Positions 1 to 12,048 of a DNA stretch of 37,197 nucleotides are shown here, piece after piece. The notes under the pieces are model-generated. The model had not been told where the DNA came from. It did no database searches and saw nothing but the letters and a program-made list of their open reading frames with translations. The stretch is from Dehalococcoidia bacterium. GTDB taxonomy: Bacteria > Chloroflexota > Dehalococcoidia > Bin125. Made by a program: the position numbers and the translations under genes. The stretch covers positions 1 to 37,197 of the forward strand of contig RKRS01000234.1 of the NCBI GenBank assembly GCA_007571275.1. Direction: 5' to 3'. Within the stretch, counting starts at the first letter, position 1; every line of letters begins with the position of its first letter.

Positions 1-23
1 GTGGCGGAACCGCCGGGGTGGAG

Positions 24-902
24 TTAGATGTTGTCGGGACCCGCATAGAACACGGCAAGATCAAGCGGCCCGCCGGGCGCGGACAGCGCCGCTCGGTCGG
101 GGAACGATACCGGGAGCGGTTCCCACAGACGGCGACCATCGACCTCGGGTGGATTGACGAGGCAACCGAGGACAAGCTCCTGGTAGGGATATCCGTTTCT
201 TGGACCGGCACAGTCATAGATCGGGCGGAACGGATCGTTGTTGGGGTGTGATGGGTGATTGATACCCGCCCAGCCGTTGTAGGCCCAGAGCGCGTAGTAC
301 CAGGATTCGATGTAACTCGGATCGTTCGCGCCGACGATCGGATACAGCGGTTGGTTCCACTTCTCTACCAGGATGCGCGCGCCGGCCGCGATGTTGTAGG
401 CGAAGTGGGTTCCCACCAGCGCCTCATAGCGTGACGGCAACCCGCCATCGTTGATGATGCTGCTGGTGACCTGCATGAGTCCGTAGCCGCAGTCGAACGA
501 GACCAGCGCCGGGCCCAGATCGCCATATGGGACCTCGATGGACGTTTGATTGGTTTTGCTTTCGATCCAGCCGATCGCGTAGAGCAGTTCCGCTGGAATG
601 ACGCTGGAGTCATCTTCGATGCGCTGCGCGCCGACGGTGAGCGTCAGCAGCCGGAACTCGTCGTCGTCGGGAAACAGCTGGTTGACGGCCGCGAGCCGCT
701 GCGCGTCCAGGTACAACTGGCGAGCCCGATCCGCCTCGAAGGACTGGAGCGAGAATGCAGGCCCTCCCCCGCTGTAGGGGCAACTCGATGGCGCGGCCTG
801 CGAGGTATGACCTCTGAGCCACTGTCCGACGACATACCCGCTGCCAAGCAGGATGGAGGCAAGCAAGACGAATCCCAGCAGCCCAGACCTCACGCGGCCC
901 AC
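24..902 (-). CDS. Secreted or membrane-anchored lytic transglycosylase-like (SLT/lysozyme-like) protein
   Basis: 292-aa ORF with an N-terminal hydrophobic signal/anchor (LLGFVLLASILLGSG). SLT-like motifs occur in order: IGWIESK (catalytic Glu-Ser), GYGLMQV, LWAYNGW. Confidence 0.6.
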   Translation of the reverse strand: MGRVRSGLLGFVLLASILLGSGYVVGQWLRGHTSQAAPSSCPYSGGGPAFSLQSFEADRARQLYLDAQRLAAVNQLFPDDDEFRLLTLTVGAQRIEDDSSVIPAELLYAIGWIESKTNQTSIEVPYGDLGPALVSFDCGYGLMQVTSSIINDGGLPSRYEALVGTHFAYNIAAGARILVEKWNQPLYPIVGANDPSYIESWYYALWAYNGWAGINHPSHPNNDPFRPIYDCAGPRNGYPYQELVLGCLVNPPEVDGRRLWEPLPVSFPDRAALSAPGGPLDLAVFYAGPDNI

Positions 903-2005
903 CAGCCGACAAATCTGATTCCTTCAGGCGCTTCGGACAGTTCGTTGCCCGGACCGCGCAAGACGAGACGTTCGGCTGTCACGTCGCCCGGACCAGCGCC
1001 GCTCAATGACCGTAGCGCCAACCACTGTCCGTTCTCATGCCAGGCTGCGGGTAGGGTGAATCTCTCGTCAGCGTCAGACCAGCTACCGATCTCGAGCGTC
1101 CCGTCAGTGCGCCAGACTGGCGAGGCGCTCTTCACGTACGATCTGTGCGCTGTTGCGGCGGCCTGATCGTCTGCCAACCATCGCTTCGAGACCCAGGGCT
1201 CGCTGGTGTTGGCGGTCGGTACGACCGAGACGTTCAGGCTGAGGCCGCGTTGCTCGGTGAATGCGAGTTGATTGCCGTCCGGCGACAGGGTCCAGTCACG
1301 GGTCATCTCTGCCGAGACTCGCTGCTGATTCAACAATGTCAGGCCGCCACCGTCCAGCTGGAGCTGTGCGACGAATGTGCCGCCGGAACCGAGCAGCGCG
1401 AGCCACAGCATGTCGCCGCGCATCGCAATCGAGTGTGCGCTGCGAACGCCGGGAGGCAGCCAAGCGCCGATCTCCCGACCGCTTTCGGTCTCGATCACTG
1501 CAATCGCGCGGTCGCGGCGAACGACCACCCGCTGACCGTCGTCCGACCACACGACTCCACCTCGTAGATCGAGACCGCCGGCAACCTGCCGCGCGCCCTG
1601 CGCGTCGATCAGCAGGAGCGCTGCGTGCTTGGCCGGATCCCAGCCGGCTGGTGGGATGGTCAGCGCGGCGATCGTTCGGGTATTGAGGTTGACCGCGGCT
1701 GCAATGTCCCAGCCGTTGGCGTGAGGAATGTCGCTTACTTTGATGCGCTTGCCGTCGAGATCGTCGGCGGCTATCAGCCAGAGCGTGGTGTAGGTTCCGT
1801 GATACTCGGACGCGACGAAATGCGCCGCCGACTGTTCATTGTCAGCTCGGAACAGTGAACCGTGACCGAACTCGATCTTGGTATCGGCGCGCGGTACGAG
1901 AAAGCCCAGCAGGGTACCGATGAGCAGGAGCAGCGCGAGCGTCAGCCACACGAACCACTGTCGCCGACCGCGCGGCTTGAATTTCGAGGTATCCACTCTC
2001 AACAT
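890..2005 (-). CDS. Membrane-anchored hypothetical protein, probable beta-propeller (TolB/WD40-like) ectodomain
   Basis: 371-aa ORF with an N-terminal basic stretch and a TM helix (WFVWLTLALLLLIGTLLGFLV). The remainder is repetitive beta-strand-rich sequence with repeated W/D/G patterns. Its 3' end overlaps the next gene's start by 13 nt. The fold call is only pattern-based. Confidence 0.4.
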   Translation of the reverse strand: MLRVDTSKFKPRGRRQWFVWLTLALLLLIGTLLGFLVPRADTKIEFGHGSLFRADNEQSAAHFVASEYHGTYTTLWLIAADDLDGKRIKVSDIPHANGWDIAAAVNLNTRTIAALTIPPAGWDPAKHAALLLIDAQGARQVAGGLDLRGGVVWSDDGQRVVVRRDRAIAVIETESGREIGAWLPPGVRSAHSIAMRGDMLWLALLGSGGTFVAQLQLDGGGLTLLNQQRVSAEMTRDWTLSPDGNQLAFTEQRGLSLNVSVVPTANTSEPWVSKRWLADDQAAATAHRSYVKSASPVWRTDGTLEIGSWSDADERFTLPAAWHENGQWLALRSLSGAGPGDVTAERLVLRGPGNELSEAPEGIRFVGWWAA

Positions 2006-2127
2006 CGGCTCGTCGGCCCCGCCAAGGCCCGCGCTCCGACTCTACCACGAACTCTCAGGCCGCCGGCGCTGTGACGATCACGCTGCGATACTGTGAGCGT
2101 CAACCAGGGCGTGGACAGGAGGTGCGC

Positions 2128-3156
2128 GTGGCGCGCATTGCAATCATTGGCTTGGGGTACATCGGCGGCTCGATCGGGCTCGGATTGCGTGCGGCGAAGC
2201 TGCGCGACACTGAGGTCGTCGGGTTTGACGACTGGCGCGCCGCGCGCAGTGCCGCCAACAAACAGAACGTCGTCGACAACGTTGTCGGGAGTCCCCGAGA
2301 AGCTGTCGATGGGGCCGGACTGGTCATTCTCGCGACGCCGCCGGCGGCGACGTCGGAATTGCTCGAAGAGATCGCCCCACACTTGGGGCGCGGCGCGGCC
2401 GTGACTGACACCGCCGCGTCCAAAAGCAAGATTGAAGGCTGGGCCGACCAGCACCTGCCCCGCGGCGTGTCCTTCGTCGGAGGGCATCCGATGGCTGGTG
2501 ACGCCTCCGCATTCGGGATCGACAACGCCAGCGCCGACCTGTTTCGGGGCAAGCGCTGGTTTGTCAGTCCGTCGCCTTCGGCCTCAGACAACGCCGTGAA
2601 ATCCGTCCTGGGCATGGTGCGCGAACTGGGCGCGACGCCACACTTCCTCAACGCTGTTGAGCATGACTACGTCATGGCTGGCGTTTCGCACTTGCCCCTG
2701 ATCGTTTCCTCGGCGCTTTTCACGATGCTGCGCGGATCAGACAGCTGGCCCGACTTTGGTCGCGCCGCTGGCGAGACGTTCCGCTCGATGACCGCGTTCA
2801 ACTCGGGCGACCCCAGCATGACGACCGAGATCGCGGTGACCAACAAGGAACAGGTCCAGCACTGGATCGATCGGTTCGTGCTGGAACTGAATCGTGTTCG
2901 CAATCTGTTGGACGAGGAGGAAGAGCAGGTCTTTCTCGAGTACTCATCGGCGCAGATCAATCATGCGAAGTTCCTCGGCGGGGATGATCTCGATCCTGAC
3001 GCCGGAGCAACGCCCGATATCCCCGACGCGACATCCCAGATGGCGGCGCTGCTGGTCAGCCCGCGCCTCTACGACAAGGTGCGAGAAATGACCAGGCGCA
3101 GTGAGGAGAAAGAAAAGCAGCGCGAGGCGCGAGGTCGCCGTTGGGGACGCGGATAA
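2128..3156 (+). CDS. tyrA: Prephenate dehydrogenase
   Basis: Rossmann motif IAIIGLGYIGGSIG and the GGHPMAG signature. The likely true start is GTG 2128, preceded by AGGAGG at 2117-2122. The track ORF starts at 2071. Confidence 0.85.
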   Translation: MARIAIIGLGYIGGSIGLGLRAAKLRDTEVVGFDDWRAARSAANKQNVVDNVVGSPREAVDGAGLVILATPPAATSELLEEIAPHLGRGAAVTDTAASKSKIEGWADQHLPRGVSFVGGHPMAGDASAFGIDNASADLFRGKRWFVSPSPSASDNAVKSVLGMVRELGATPHFLNAVEHDYVMAGVSHLPLIVSSALFTMLRGSDSWPDFGRAAGETFRSMTAFNSGDPSMTTEIAVTNKEQVQHWIDRFVLELNRVRNLLDEEEEQVFLEYSSAQINHAKFLGGDDLDPDAGATPDIPDATSQMAALLVSPRLYDKVREMTRRSEEKEKQREARGRRWGRG

Positions 3157-3160
3157 TTCG

Positions 3161-4465
3161 ATGGTCGACAGCATCATGGTCGAACCCAGCGGTCCGTTGC
3201 GCGGCGTGCTGAAGGCGCCGGGCGACAAATCGATCTCGCATCGCGCTCTGATCTGCAACGCGCTCGCTCGGGGCGAGGCGCAGATCAGCGGATTGCTCGA
3301 CAGCGCTGACTGCCGTTCGACCATGTGCTGTTTGCGCCAGTGGGGCGTCGAGTTCGAGGAGAGCGGTGACCGCGTCGTAGTCCGAAGCCCGGGACAGAGC
3401 CAATTTCAACCGCCCAACGGAGTGCTCGATTGTGGCAACAGCGGCACCTCGATCCGGCTGCTCAGCGGAGTCGCGGCGGGCCTGCCCTTCCGTAACCAAT
3501 TCGATGGGGACGCATCGCTACGTAAGCGACCGATGCGTCGGGTGTTGGATCCTCTCTCGCGTATGGGGGCAAGAGTCAGCGACGCGGATACCGCGCCGTT
3601 CTGGGTGGATGGCTCCGCAGGAGCGCTGTCGGGATTTGATGGTGAGATTGCGGTCGCCAGCGCGCAGGTCAAGAGCGCCATCGTCTTTGCTGCGTTGCGA
3701 GCCGAGCAACCGAGCAGGATCGTTGAGCCGGGACCCTCACGTGATCACACAGAGCGAATGTTGATCGCAATGGGCGCGGATATCGAGGTTGGCGACGCGA
3801 CGATTCTGGTCCGTCCCGGCGCGGAGCTGGAACCACAGGATGTCGAGGTGCCCGGCGATGTGAGCGCCGCGGCGTTCTGGATGATTGCTGCCGCAATGAC
3901 TCCCGGCTCGGAGGTCGTGTTACCGAACGTGGGGGTGAATCCGCGGCGGACTGGTGTGATTGAGGTGCTACGAAGTATGGGGGCAACGATCGACACGACG
4001 AATCCTCGTGCAGTCTCGGGCGAGCCGGTCGCCGATGTCGTTGTTCATGGATCGCAATTGCACGGGACGATGATCAATGGCGACATGATCGTTCGTGCGA
4101 TTGATGAAATTCCCGCATTAGCGGTCGCCGCCGCTGTTTCGCAGGGCGTGACCGAGATTCGCGACGCCGCCGAATTGCGAGTCAAAGAGTCGGACCGGAT
4201 CGCGACGACGGCAGAGCTGTTGCGGGCGATGGGCGTCACGGTCAGTGAGCAGGACGACGGGATGCGGATCGTCGGTGGTGATCTGCGTGGCGGCACGGTT
4301 GACTCCCATGGCGACCATCGACTGGCGATGGCCGCGGCGGTCGCTGCCTTGGCTGCGGACCCGGAATCCGGCCCAACAATGATCCAGCACGCTGCCGCCG
4401 TCGACATTTCCTATCCCACCTTCTGGCGCGATCTGGATGCATTGCGACATGTCCCAGCTCTCTGA
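3161..4465 (+). CDS. aroA: 3-phosphoshikimate 1-carboxyvinyltransferase (EPSP synthase)
   Basis: LKAPGDKSISHRALI N-terminal signature, full-length similarity pattern, about 434 aa. ATG 3161 lies 5 nt after the tyrA stop. The track ORF start at 3101 overlaps tyrA. Confidence 0.9.
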   Translation: MVDSIMVEPSGPLRGVLKAPGDKSISHRALICNALARGEAQISGLLDSADCRSTMCCLRQWGVEFEESGDRVVVRSPGQSQFQPPNGVLDCGNSGTSIRLLSGVAAGLPFRNQFDGDASLRKRPMRRVLDPLSRMGARVSDADTAPFWVDGSAGALSGFDGEIAVASAQVKSAIVFAALRAEQPSRIVEPGPSRDHTERMLIAMGADIEVGDATILVRPGAELEPQDVEVPGDVSAAAFWMIAAAMTPGSEVVLPNVGVNPRRTGVIEVLRSMGATIDTTNPRAVSGEPVADVVVHGSQLHGTMINGDMIVRAIDEIPALAVAAAVSQGVTEIRDAAELRVKESDRIATTAELLRAMGVTVSEQDDGMRIVGGDLRGGTVDSHGDHRLAMAAAVAALAADPESGPTMIQHAAAVDISYPTFWRDLDALRHVPAL

Positions 4466-5069
4466 CAGCGCGCCAATGGCGGTGGTCATTTCCGGGCCGT
4501 CAGGCGCGGGCAAGGACACGGTCATCCGCGCGGCGTTGAAACTCGATGCTTCCCTGGCGACCGTGGCGACCGTCAAAACGCGTCCACCGCGACCTGGCGA
4601 GATCGACGGTGTGCATCAGGTCTTCCTGAGCGAGGAGGAGTTCGACCAATGGTTGGCGGATGACAAGCTGCTGGAACATGCTGAGGTGTACGGGCATCGC
4701 AGTGGAGTGCCTCGTGACGCTGTTGCAGCGCTGTTGGCCGCAGGCCGAACGGTGCTCATCCGCACCGATGTGCAAGGCGCTCGTACGTTGAAGCAACGGC
4801 TGGATGAGCCGCTACTGATATTCATCACCGCGGCCAGCGCGGAGGCGTTGGAACGCAGGATGCGTGACCGCGCCGGAGACTCCGAGCGCGAGATGGCGCA
4901 CCGGTTGGCGGTGGCCGAGGCCGAGATGGCGGAAGCGGAGTGGTTTCATGTGATCATCACCAACAGCGACGGCGAACTACAGCGGGCTGCGAGTGAGTTG
5001 GTCCAGGCCATTCAGGCGGCGCGGCAACGACGAACTGCATGTAGCGCATCTGTGTTGCCCGAGCGTTGA
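4449..5069 (+). CDS. gmk: Guanylate kinase
   Basis: P-loop ISGPSGAGKDT, TRPPRPGEIDGV, EHAEVYGH..G.PR and DVQGA motifs. The start is ambiguous (ATG 4437, 4449 or 4476). The first two overlap the aroA stop at 4463-4465. Confidence 0.8.
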   Translation: MSQLSDSAPMAVVISGPSGAGKDTVIRAALKLDASLATVATVKTRPPRPGEIDGVHQVFLSEEEFDQWLADDKLLEHAEVYGHRSGVPRDAVAALLAAGRTVLIRTDVQGARTLKQRLDEPLLIFITAASAEALERRMRDRAGDSEREMAHRLAVAEAEMAEAEWFHVIITNSDGELQRAASELVQAIQAARQRRTACSASVLPER

Positions 5070-5093
5070 CAACGCTGGTATCTCCCCTAGCAT
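5066..5093 (+). promoter_or_regulatory. Putative sigma70-type promoter of the trp operon (TTGACA, 16 nt spacer, TAGCAT), with the palindrome AGCGTTgacAACGCT (5062-5076) over the -35
   Basis: Exact TTGACA at 5066-5071, a 16-nt spacer, then the TANNNT hexamer TAGCAT at 5088-5093. It sits about 190 nt upstream of the trpE ATG, in the only sizeable gap (215 nt) of the operon. Confidence 0.4.
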
Positions 5094-5284
5094 TCGTATG
5101 AGAACGGGAGTGGGCAATGCCTGCGATGGCGCCGCGAAGCAACGTGATCACGCTGACGCGTCCGTCCGCCCACTGCCACACATCGGGCGGGCAAGGGGTC
5201 TGGCGAGGCGCACACTGAGTCGCCACGCCTCGAGGTGGATGAATCGATGTTTCCTCCACCCCTGATCCCAAGGAGCCCGTTCCC

Positions 5285-6789
<1,505 letters not shown>

Positions 6790-6790
<1 letters not shown>

Positions 6791-8055
6791 TGCCGGAGTC
6801 GCTGATCATTGGCTACGGCGTCGTCCTGGATGACGACGGCCGCGTGCTGTTGTTGCGGAGACGGGCGCATGAATCGCTCTGGCCAGACGCGTGGTGGCTG
6901 CCGGGCGAGGTCACCCCGCTCGAAGAGGAGCCGGATGACACGGTCCCGCGCATATTCGAGCGCCTGCTGCGTCAACGGATCCGCGCGGACTACGCCTGCA
7001 CTGTCTACGGTGAGGAGCCATCGAGCGGTCGACACACGGTGCACAATGCCTATGTGGTGACCGTCGCAGCAGCGCTCGATGGAGCGCCGACCGACGAGGC
7101 GAATCCATTTGACGCGATGGAGTGGTGGGACGTGCCCGCGGCGATCGCGGAACTACCACCGGCGCAGGCTGAGCTGTTGACCACAGTCATCCAGCAGCTG
7201 GAGTCGGGTTGGGACTTTGCGACCGACTCCACCCTCGACGATCTGTTCGGTGAGGATGACGCGCCTCCGTCGCCCGCATTACCGCAGCGAACCCACGCCG
7301 AGCGTCGCATCGCAGGCGACGCTATTCTCTCGGAGCTCACCGGTCAAGAGCGCTTCGCCGACGTCATCGAAACCCGCATGGGCCCGTTTGGCTCATACCT
7401 CGTCGATCACATCTGGGGTGATATCTGGCAGGACGGGCTGCTCTCGCGCCGCGATCGCAGCCTCGCTGCCATGGCGGCCGCTGGCGCCCTGATGCAGATC
7501 GACGGCTTCGCATTCAATGCTGCCATTGGCGAGCGCAATGGACTGACCTGCGAGGAGATCGTCGAAGTCTGTGTGCAATTGAGCGTCGAATGCGGATTTC
7601 CGCCCGCCAATCTCGCGTTGACCCGCGTGCTGTCCGATTGGGCCAAAGCAGGAAGTCCATGTGAACCGATTCCCGCGATCGGTAAGGATGACACGCAGCG
7701 ACGGCAAGACGCTGAAAAGGTTTCGCAAGCGCTCACGGGCCGCCACATGAGCGCGCAGACCATCGCCGATGATGCTCAGCGACAACTCGGTTCGCTCGGA
7801 CGGCTGACGGTCGACTGGTCCTGGGGTGACGTCTGGAGCCGCGACGCCCTGCCTCGCAGAGATCGAGCACTGGCAACGCTGGCGATGCATGTTGCAATCG
7901 GACGAGAGCGAGAGCTTGAGTCTGACTTGCAGACCGCTTACCGATTGGGCTGCTCCTGGGACGAGCTGGACGGCGTCATCGCGATCGTCTCGGCCTTCTG
8001 TGGATTACCGCGGGCCTCGGATGCTGCGAGGATTCTGCAGCGACTTCGTGGTTGA
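6790..8055 (+). CDS. Fusion protein: N-terminal Nudix-like domain (degenerate Nudix box) plus two carboxymuconolactone-decarboxylase (CMD/AhpD-fold) repeats
   Basis: ATG 6790 shares one nucleotide with the trpE TGA (TGATG). The N-terminus reads GVVLDDDGRVLLLRR...PGEVTPLEEEPDDTVPRIFERLL. This matches G-x5-E, but the REUxEE glutamates are not conserved. Two CMD repeats follow, each with W-G-D-[IV]-W...[SP]RRDR[SA]L and a C-G-[FL]-P motif. Confidence 0.75.
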
Positions 8056-8118
8056 TGCCGCCTTCGTAGAATGCGCGCGAACAGACGGCCGCAAACACCT
8101 AAGAAACGAGGAACTGAC

Positions 8119-8914
8119 ATGGCGACTCACTCGGAACGACGCAACGCGGGTAGTGAGTTGTTGGCGGAGATGACCGGTCAGCCGCTCGGCTTCGCTTCGG
8201 CCGCCGAGCAGCGCACCGGCGCGTTCGGGAGCTACGTCGTCGATTACATCTTTGGCCAGGTATGGCAGGGCGCCGAGTTGTCGCGCCGTGACCGCACCAT
8301 CGTCGCGTTGTCGATGCTGGGCGCGCTCGAGCGTTTGCAAGCGGTCCAGTTCCATGCCAGTTTCGGGCCGGCCAACGGTGTTTCACGCGAAGAGATGGTG
8401 GAGATCGCGCTGCAGATCGCCGGGTACTCCGGCTTCCCCGCGGGCAACGAGATGGTCAACGTATTGATCACCATGTGGAGCGAGGCTGACGGCACGCCAT
8501 ACCGGATTCCGCCAGCCGCATACAAGGACGACGATCAGCGCCATCGCGATGCCGTCGACGTGATGCGCACGCTCAATGGGCAGGAAGAGGCGGCGGACCC
8601 CGCCGAAGCGTTGGCCGGGATGGAGCGGATCGGGCCGGTCGGCAAACTCGCGTTTGAGTTTGCCTTCGGTGATCTCTGGTCGCGGACGCAGCTTTCGCGC
8701 CGTGACCGATCGCTGGTCGTGGTCTCGATCCTGGTCGCGCTGACCAAGCCCGATGAGCTGCAGTTCCACATTCCCGGGGCGCTTAACCATGGCGTCACTG
8801 TGGAAGAACTCGAGGGAGTCATGGCGACCGCCGCGCCGTACTGCGGATTTCCGCGCGCGGTCGAGGGCTTCCGAACGCTACGCCGCATTCTGCGCGAACG
8901 GGAGGCTGCCAACG

Positions 8915-8925
<11 letters not shown>
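8119..8925 (+). CDS. Double CMD-domain (carboxymuconolactone decarboxylase family, AhpD-like fold) protein, paralogue of the C-terminal two-thirds of the preceding gene
   Basis: ATG 8119 is preceded by GAGGA. The two repeats read FGQVWQGAELSRRDRTIVALS...GYSGFPAG and FGDLWSRTQLSRRDRSLVVVS...YCGFPRA. The 3' end overlaps the trpG start by 11 nt. Confidence 0.75.
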
Positions 8926-9515
<590 letters not shown>

Positions 9516-9523
<8 letters not shown>

Positions 9524-10583
9524 CGCTGATGTCGGCGATTTGGGACAGGCTCTGGCTGCGGTGATTGACGTGCGTCGCGGCCTCACTGACCGTGAAGCGT
9601 CGGTCGCGATGGATGCACTGATGTCGGGTGAGGCGGATGAGATCCAGGCCGCAGCCCTGCTGGCCGGTCTGCGAATGAAGGGCGAGTCAGTCGACGAAGT
9701 GGTCGGCCTGGCCCGTGCCATGCGTGAGCATGCGCTGCATGTCGATCTCGCCGATCTACCGCGACTGGCCGACACCGCCGGCACTGGTGGCTCGGGCAAG
9801 CACACGTTCAACTCATCGACGGCTGCCGGATTCGTGCTCGCTGGCTGCGGCGTGCCAGTGGCTAAGCACGGCAATCGCGCGATGTCTTCGAGTGTCGGCA
9901 GCGCCGACGTGCTGGAAGCGCTTGGCGGCCAGATCGCGCTCGGCCCCGAGCAGGCAGCGAAGCTGATCCGTGAAGTGGGTTTCGGATTCCTGTTTGCGCA
10001 ATCGTTTCACCCTGCGATGCGATTTGTCGCGCCGATTCGGCGACGGATTGGTGTGCGAACCGTGTTCAACATCCTCGGTCCGCTGACCAATCCCGCGCAT
10101 GCGACGCATCAATTGATCGGCGTCGCCCGACCCGAGTTGGGCCCGCTGATGGCGTCGGCGCTGGGCCGACTCGGTGTTCGGCGAGGTCTCGTCGTGCACG
10201 GACACGAGGGTCTTGATGAAGTGTCACCGAGCGGTGAGACGTCCTGCTGGCAGATCGACGGCGACGAGTTGACCGAATTCACGGTGTCGCCGCAGGACTT
10301 CCAGATTCGTCCGGTGCCGCTCACCGCTGTGCGAGGTGGAGAGACCGCCGAGGCGTCCGCGAGCATGATGCGCGAAGTGTTGGGCGGCAAGACATCGGCG
10401 CTGACAGGATTCGTGACGCTGAATGCGGCTGCCGGTTTGTTGGCTGCTGAAGAAGTGCCCACGTTCGCCGAAGGCGTAAGTCGCGCGGCGGAATGTATTG
10501 ACGATCAGCGCGCGCTGCGCAAGCTGGAACTGTTCGTCCAATGCTCGCAATCGATCTCCACCGAATCGCTGGGTTCGACATAA
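9516..10583 (+). CDS. trpD: Anthranilate phosphoribosyltransferase
   Basis: DTAGTGGSGKHTFN(S)ST, KHGNRA, FNILGPLTNPA motifs. ATG 9516 overlaps the trpG stop. Confidence 0.9.
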
Positions 10584-11368
10584 TGCCATCAGTGCTGGAA
10601 CGTATCGTCGCCGACACTCGCGCCTCGGTCGCTGAGCGTCAGCATAGGATGCCGCTCGAAGCGTTGAGTCAGCTCGCCGCTCAGCGAACTGCACGCAACG
10701 ATTTCGTTGCGGCGCTGCATCAGCCGGGCGTTGGGCTGATTGCCGAGATCAAGCGCGGCTCTCCATCCAAAGGACTCTTCGCGCCCGACCTGTCGCCGGC
10801 GAACCTCGCCCGGACCTACCGCAGCATCGGCGCGATTGCCGTGTCCGTGCTCACCTCAGCGGCGTTCTTTGCCACCGACGATGATCTGCGCCAGACGGCT
10901 GAAGCGCTCGCGGATAGCGCGCTGCCGCTACTGCGTAAGGAGTTTCACGTTGACGCGTATCAGGTGGTGGAAGCGGCGGCGCTGGGCGCCGACGCCTATC
11001 TGCTGATCGCCAAGACACTCAGCGCTGCCGAGCTGTCGGAGCTGTCACAGGTTGGAACAGCGGTTGGCTTGACCGCGTTCGTCGAAGTGACCGATGAACG
11101 CGAAGTGTCGATGGCGCTCGAGGCCGGCGCGGCGGCGATTGGTATCAACAACCGAAATCTGCATACATTCGAGGAAGACCTGGGCACCACCGAACGTCTG
11201 CGTAACCAGATTCCGTCCTCAGTCCCGGTCGTGGCGGCCAGCGGCGTGCGGACTCGGGAGGATATGCAGCGGATGGAAGCATGTGGCGTCAACGCGGTGT
11301 TGATCGGCGAAGCGCTGTCCTCAGCTGCTGACCCGCGCGGCAAGGCGCGAGAGTTGTTGGGACGATGA
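10583..11368 (+). CDS. trpC: Indole-3-glycerol phosphate synthase
   Basis: IAEIKRGSPSKG, LRKEF, GINNRNL motifs. The ATG overlaps the trpD TAA (TAATG). Confidence 0.9.
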   Translation: MPSVLERIVADTRASVAERQHRMPLEALSQLAAQRTARNDFVAALHQPGVGLIAEIKRGSPSKGLFAPDLSPANLARTYRSIGAIAVSVLTSAAFFATDDDLRQTAEALADSALPLLRKEFHVDAYQVVEAAALGADAYLLIAKTLSAAELSELSQVGTAVGLTAFVEVTDEREVSMALEAGAAAIGINNRNLHTFEEDLGTTERLRNQIPSSVPVVAASGVRTREDMQRMEACGVNAVLIGEALSSAADPRGKARELLGR

Positions 11369-12048
11369 CGTTCGTCAAGATCTGTTCCGTTCGAGCGGTT
11401 GAACACGCGGAGTGGGCGCGCGAGGCCGGCGCGGATGCGATTGGCATGATCTTTGCTGACGCGCCACGGCGGATTGAGATGAACGTGGCCAGGGCCGTCA
11501 GACGCGCGCTGGGCCCGCGTGTCGAGATTTTGGAATCAAACATCGAGACTATCGAGCGTGAGCGCCGCGCCGCCGACCAACCGCTGCTGGTCGGGGTGTT
11601 TGCCAGGCAGTCGATCGATGAGATTGAGCGCGTGCTCGATCAGGTTGATCTCGACCTGGTGCAGTTGAGCGGCGGTGAGCACCCGGCCCTGGCTGGTCGT
11701 GTGCGGCGCATCGTGGTACGCGCCGTGCATGTATCTGAGGGCATGAACGCTCGCTCCGTTCTGCGCGAAATCGAACGCGCGCCGAACACCATCGCGCATC
11801 TGGACGCGAAGTCGAAACAGGGCGGTGGAACCGGACAGCGGATCGATTGGTCCCTGGCAGCCGAGGTTGCCGCCAAACGACCGCTTGTGCTGGCCGGTGG
11901 ACTGAATCCCGAAAACGTCGGCGAGGCGGTCCGATTCGTTCGTCCGTGGGCCGTTGATGTGTCGTCCGGGGTTGAGACCAAGGGCGAGAAGGATCGAGAC
12001 AAAATCCGTGCGTTTATCGCGGCGGCGAAAGGCGGCGATGCGTCGTGA
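11365..12048 (+). CDS. trpF: Phosphoribosylanthranilate isomerase
   Basis: [39 protein letters not shown] and [13 protein letters not shown] overlap with trpC. Confidence 0.85.
   Translation: MTFVKICSVRAVEHAEWAREAGADAIGMIFADAPRRIEMNVARAVRRALGPRVEILESNIETIERERRAADQPLLVGVFARQSIDEIERVLDQVDLDLVQLSGGEHPALAGRVRRIVVRAVHVSEGMNARSVLREIERAPNTIAHLDAKSKQGGGTGQRIDWSLAAEVAAKRPLVLAGGLNPENVGEAVRFVRPWAVDVSSGVETKGEKDRDKIRAFIAAAKGGDAS

Noticed and set aside
1-23. GGCGGaaCCGCC inverted repeat just downstream of the first - strand gene
   Set aside because: A 5-bp stem with a 2-nt loop is sterically implausible, and the element lies at the window edge.
5098-5265. Possible trp leader peptide, T-box or TRAP site in the trpE leader
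   Set aside because: The ORF from ATG 5098 has only one Trp codon in 55. It is also part of a longer spurious frame starting inside gmk. I saw no T-box consensus, no specifier-loop context and no array of (G/U)AG triplets.
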